NCBI GenBank assembly: GCA_963767925.1
Contig: CAVYGB010000008.1
Span: forward strand, 416,001 to 480,000
Reading direction: 5' to 3'
DNA: 64,000 nt
Source of the DNA: an uncultured delta proteobacterium
Lineage (GTDB): Bacteria > Myxococcota_A > Polyangia > Fen-1088
The notes under the pieces are model-generated. The model was not told the origin of the DNA and made no database searches. It saw only the letters and a program-made list of their open reading frames with translations. Shown here piece after piece: positions 57,879 through 64,000 of the stretch. A program made the position numbers and the translations under genes. Positions within the stretch are counted from its first letter, which is position 1. Every line of letters begins with the position of its first letter.

Positions 57879-59839
57879 GGGGTGGGCTCCAGGCCGGGGG
57901 GGACGGGGAAATACGGCTGCTTGGGTCCGACGGCGTGGCCGCCCGGGATGGGCACCCCCAGCTCGTCGATCCGGAAGACCGTCTCGGGCAAGCGCAGCGA
58001 CTCGCGCAGCTTGTCCATGGTCGTGGGGACGAAGGGGTAGAGCATGATCATGAGGTTCTTGAGGACGTAAAACGCCGAGTAGAGGGCGTCCTTGCGCGCC
58101 TCCAGCGGGTGGCGGTCGTCGTGGGGCTTGTACTGGGCGAACAGGCCGTTGACGATGCGGGCGTAGTTTTCCAGCTCGAACAGCAGGTTGGGGAAGTCGG
58201 ACCGCTCCATCGATTTGACGTAGCGCTGGACCATGCGGACCGTGTCCTTGACCACCCCCTCGAGGAGCTTGCCCTCGGGCACCTGGCCCTCGAACTTGGA
58301 GTGGGCGGCGGAGATGGGCCGTTCGAAGGCGGCGTTGAGGGGGCCGGCCAGGAACCGGTTGCGCTCGTCGAGCTTGGCGAGGTCGAAGTCCGAGGACTTG
58401 TCCGACAGGCCCAGCAGGGCCAGGTAATACCGGATCTGGTCGGGGGCGTAGCCCTTCTCGTCCAGCAGGTCGTCGCCCCGGTAGAAGTTGCCCCGGCTCT
58501 TGCTCATCTTCTCGCCCGCCACCAGCAGGTGGAAGCAGCCCACGATGTCGGTGAGCTGGAGCTCGCCGGGCAGGGGCAGCCGGTGGGGGTCGGCCTGGGT
58601 GCCGAGCCAGAGGGCCCCCTGCATCAGCACGTAGAAGAAGACGTTGTCCTGCCCGAGGAACTGGGTGATGCGGGCCTGGGGGTCCTTCCAGAACTCGGCG
58701 TAGCGCCCCGGGTCCTCGCCCCGGTTCTGCAGGGCCACCTGGGTGAAGGCGATGGGGGCGATCAGCGAGTCGGGCCAGACGTAGAGGGTCTTGCCCACCA
58801 GATCGGGGTCGAGGTCCGGGACCGGGATGCCCCAGGCGATGTCGCGGGTGATCGAGCGGTGGGCCCAGTCGTCGGCCAGGGTCGACTCGATCCCCGCCGC
58901 CGCCAGCGCCTGTTGCCCGGTCTGCAGATCCGGCTTGTTGTTGAACTGCAGGACCATCTTCTTGCCCGGGGCGTATTTGCTCTTGTGCGCCGGGAGGGTC
59001 GCCTTGAGCTCCTTGTAGCGGGCCTCGTGTTCGCCCTCGAAGCGCAGGGCGGGCAGGACCTTCTCCAGGGTGTCGGCGATGACCGAGGGGCGCCAGGTCT
59101 TCTTCTTGCCCTCGATCCAGACCCGCAGGGTCTCCGAGACCGACCACATGTCGAGCCACCAGTGCACGGTGTCGCGCATCTCGGGGGTGACGCCGCTGAG
59201 CACGCTGCGGGGGTTGATGAGGGCGGTGGGCTCGTGCTGGTGCCCGCAGCGGTCGCACTCGTCGCTGTAGGCGCTCTCGTAGCCACACTTGGGGTTGGGG
59301 CAGGTGCCCCGCACCAGCCGGTCGGGCAGGAAGCGGGCGAGCTGGGGGTCGTACCACTGCCGGCTGGTGCGCTTCTCCAGGAGGCCGTTTTCGTGCAGGC
59401 GGCGCAGGAAGAAGTCGCTGAGGGCCTTCTGCAGGGGGAAACAGTCGGGGCGGGAGGTGCCGCTGTAGACGTCCACCGAGATGGCGTAGCGCTGCAAGGT
59501 GCTGCGCTGCTGGTCGTGGATGCCGTCGATGAAGTCCCGGATCGGCACCCCCGCCGCGGCCGCCGAGACCTCGCTGGTCGAGCCGTGGTCGTCGGTGCCG
59601 TTGACGAACAGGACCTTGTCCCGGCCGATCAACATGCCCATCCAGCGGGCGTGGATGTCCGCCGGCAGGTGGGCCCCCGCCAGGTGGCCCAGGTGCAGGG
59701 GGCCGTTGGCGTAGGGCATCCCCGAGGTGACGAGCGCCCGGGAGGGTCGTTGAACGTTCTTCAGGACCGACGCCACGTCGGTCGGGACGTGGGGATTTTT
59801 GCCCGCCGCGGGGTCTCGGGGTGGTTTTCCGTCTGCCAC
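57875..59839 (-). CDS. metG: Methionine--tRNA ligase (no C-terminal dimerisation domain; start uncertain)
   Basis: Motifs [17 protein letters not shown], Zn knuckle CPNPKC..CDRC, ITRD..WGIPVP, YVWPD and KMSKS. Confidence 0.93.
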   Translation of the reverse strand: MADGKPPRDPAAGKNPHVPTDVASVLKNVQRPSRALVTSGMPYANGPLHLGHLAGAHLPADIHARWMGMLIGRDKVLFVNGTDDHGSTSEVSAAAAGVPIRDFIDGIHDQQRSTLQRYAISVDVYSGTSRPDCFPLQKALSDFFLRRLHENGLLEKRTSRQWYDPQLARFLPDRLVRGTCPNPKCGYESAYSDECDRCGHQHEPTALINPRSVLSGVTPEMRDTVHWWLDMWSVSETLRVWIEGKKKTWRPSVIADTLEKVLPALRFEGEHEARYKELKATLPAHKSKYAPGKKMVLQFNNKPDLQTGQQALAAAGIESTLADDWAHRSITRDIAWGIPVPDLDPDLVGKTLYVWPDSLIAPIAFTQVALQNRGEDPGRYAEFWKDPQARITQFLGQDNVFFYVLMQGALWLGTQADPHRLPLPGELQLTDIVGCFHLLVAGEKMSKSRGNFYRGDDLLDEKGYAPDQIRYYLALLGLSDKSSDFDLAKLDERNRFLAGPLNAAFERPISAAHSKFEGQVPEGKLLEGVVKDTVRMVQRYVKSMERSDFPNLLFELENYARIVNGLFAQYKPHDDRHPLEARKDALYSAFYVLKNLMIMLYPFVPTTMDKLRESLRLPETVFRIDELGVPIPGGHAVGPKQPYFPVPPGLEPTP

Positions 59840-59921
59840 AGGAGCCGGAGAGCTTGCCTCGTACGGCGCGCCGGTACAAGTTTCTCCCAGCGGGCCCCCG
59901 CTTCGGCTAGGCTTGGGCGTC

Positions 59922-61325
59922 ATGTCCGAGACGGTGAGCATCTCCCAGGCGCTGGCCGGGAAGGTCCCCCCTGCCACCCCGGTGACCGTTCGCGGCTGGG
60001 TCCGCACGCGCCGCGACTCGAAGGCCGGGGTCTCCTTCGTCCACCTGCATGACGGGTCCTGCTTCGATCCGCTGCAGGTCGTCGTCTCCGGGGAGCTGGC
60101 CAACTACCAGAGCGAGGTGCTGAAGCTGACCGCCGGCTGCGCCCTGGTGGCCAGCGGCGTGCTGGTGCCCAGCCAGGGCAAGGGCCAGGCGGTCGAGCTG
60201 CAGGCCAGCAGCGTGCAGGTGGTGGGCTGGGTCGACGACCCCGAGAGCTACCCCATCTCGCAAAAGCGCCACACCCTGGAGTACCTGCGCGAGGTGGCCC
60301 ACCTGCGGCCTCGCACCAACACCATCGGGGCGGTGACCCGGGTGCGCCATTGCCTGAGCCAGGCCATCCATCGATTTTTCCACGAGAACGAGTTCTTCTG
60401 GATCCACACCCCCATCATCACGGCCAGCGACTGCGAGGGGGCGGGGGAGCTGTTCCGGGTCAGCACCCTCGACCTGGCCAACCTGCCGCGCGATCCGGCG
60501 GGCAAGGCCGACTTCTCCCGGGACTTCTTCGGCAAGGAGGCCTTCCTCACGGTGAGCGGGCAGCTCAACGTGGAGACCTATTGCCTGGCGCTGAGCAAGG
60601 TCTACACCTTCGGGCCCACCTTCCGGGCCGAGAACAGCAACACGAGCCGCCACCTGGCGGAGTTCTGGATGGTCGAGCCCGAGATCGCCTTCGCCGACCT
60701 CGCCGCCGACGCCGACCTGGCCGAACGCTTCCTGAAGTACATCCTGCGGGCCCTGCTGAACGAGCGGCAGGACGACATGAAGTTCTTCGTCGAGCGGGTC
60801 GACAAGGACGCCATCTCCCGGGTCGAGAAGTTCGTCGAGGCGAGCTTCGAGCGCATGACCTACACCGAGGCGGTGGCCGCCCTGGAGAAGAGCGGCAAGA
60901 AGTTCGAGTACCCGGTCCGCTGGGGCATGGACCTGCAGTCCGAGCACGAGCGCTGGCTGACCGAGGAGCACGTCGGCCGCCCGCTGGTCGTCACCAACTA
61001 CCCCAAGGAGATCAAGGCGTTTTACATGCGCCTCGACGAGGGGGAGAAGACGGTGGCGGCCATGGACGTGCTGGCCCCCGGGATCGGCGAGATCATCGGC
61101 GGCTCGCAGCGCGAGGAGCGGCTCGACGTGCTCGACCGGCGCCTGGTCGAGATGAAGCTCGATCCCAAGGTCTACTGGTGGTACCGGGACCTGCGCCGGT
61201 ACGGCACCGTCCCCCACGCCGGGTTCGGCCTGGGGCTCGAGCGGACCATCCTCTACGCCACCGGGATGGGAAACATCCGGGACGTCATCCCCTTCCCCCG
61301 CGCCCCCGGCCAGGCCGCCTTCTGA
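59922..61325 (+). CDS. asnS: Asparagine--tRNA ligase
   Basis: Motifs [40 protein letters not shown] and [11 protein letters not shown]. Confidence 0.96.
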   Translation: MSETVSISQALAGKVPPATPVTVRGWVRTRRDSKAGVSFVHLHDGSCFDPLQVVVSGELANYQSEVLKLTAGCALVASGVLVPSQGKGQAVELQASSVQVVGWVDDPESYPISQKRHTLEYLREVAHLRPRTNTIGAVTRVRHCLSQAIHRFFHENEFFWIHTPIITASDCEGAGELFRVSTLDLANLPRDPAGKADFSRDFFGKEAFLTVSGQLNVETYCLALSKVYTFGPTFRAENSNTSRHLAEFWMVEPEIAFADLAADADLAERFLKYILRALLNERQDDMKFFVERVDKDAISRVEKFVEASFERMTYTEAVAALEKSGKKFEYPVRWGMDLQSEHERWLTEEHVGRPLVVTNYPKEIKAFYMRLDEGEKTVAAMDVLAPGIGEIIGGSQREERLDVLDRRLVEMKLDPKVYWWYRDLRRYGTVPHAGFGLGLERTILYATGMGNIRDVIPFPRAPGQAAF

Positions 61326-61345
61326 GGGCGGTCGTCGGGCGGGCT

Positions 61346-64000
<2,655 letters not shown>

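Noticed and set aside
56307..59879. Apparent large N-terminal extensions or fusions of gltX (also 10309-13182, 37540-39039, 52698-55811, 14698-16527, 23164-24840)
   Set aside because: The extensions are off-frame read-through over neighbouring genes. Real starts are supported by overlaps, SD sites or -10 spacing.

Overview
Very GC-rich (roughly 70-75% by eye), gene-dense bacterial chromosomal window. Its gene content suggests Myxococcota (inference): Cys-rich secreted modules, VIT/vWA, a DUF1552/DUF1592 pair, class II DAHP synthase, TreS-Mak and a Myxococcus-type LexA box. About 42 genes are supported. They include dnaE2 and dinB, mtnA, an ABC exporter operon, MFS and OPT transporters, uxaA, an otsA-otsB fusion, a phosphoesterase/lipoprotein/FadL operon, two membrane-bound alkaline-phosphatase-superfamily enzymes, a 1.5-kaa SF1 helicase with a degenerate nuclease tail, a five-gene glycolipid-type cluster, gltX/metG/asnS and treS-mak. 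I saw no tRNA, rRNA, CRISPR, transposase or integrase. Five genes in the first 26 kb carry mostly single-base-insertion frameshifts that look like consensus errors. Best candidates for new biology, all hypotheses needing HMM, synteny or transcript checks: (1) a possible PIM/GPI-like inositol-glycolipid pathway (48.5-55.8 kb, perhaps with the PIG-N/O-like enzyme at 33.3 kb); (2) a lipase-less VolA-like scaffold with FadL and a phosphoesterase; (3) pervasive leaderless-type promoters; (4) a solo LexA-boxed dnaE2; (5) a defence-like helicase with an apparently dead nuclease.
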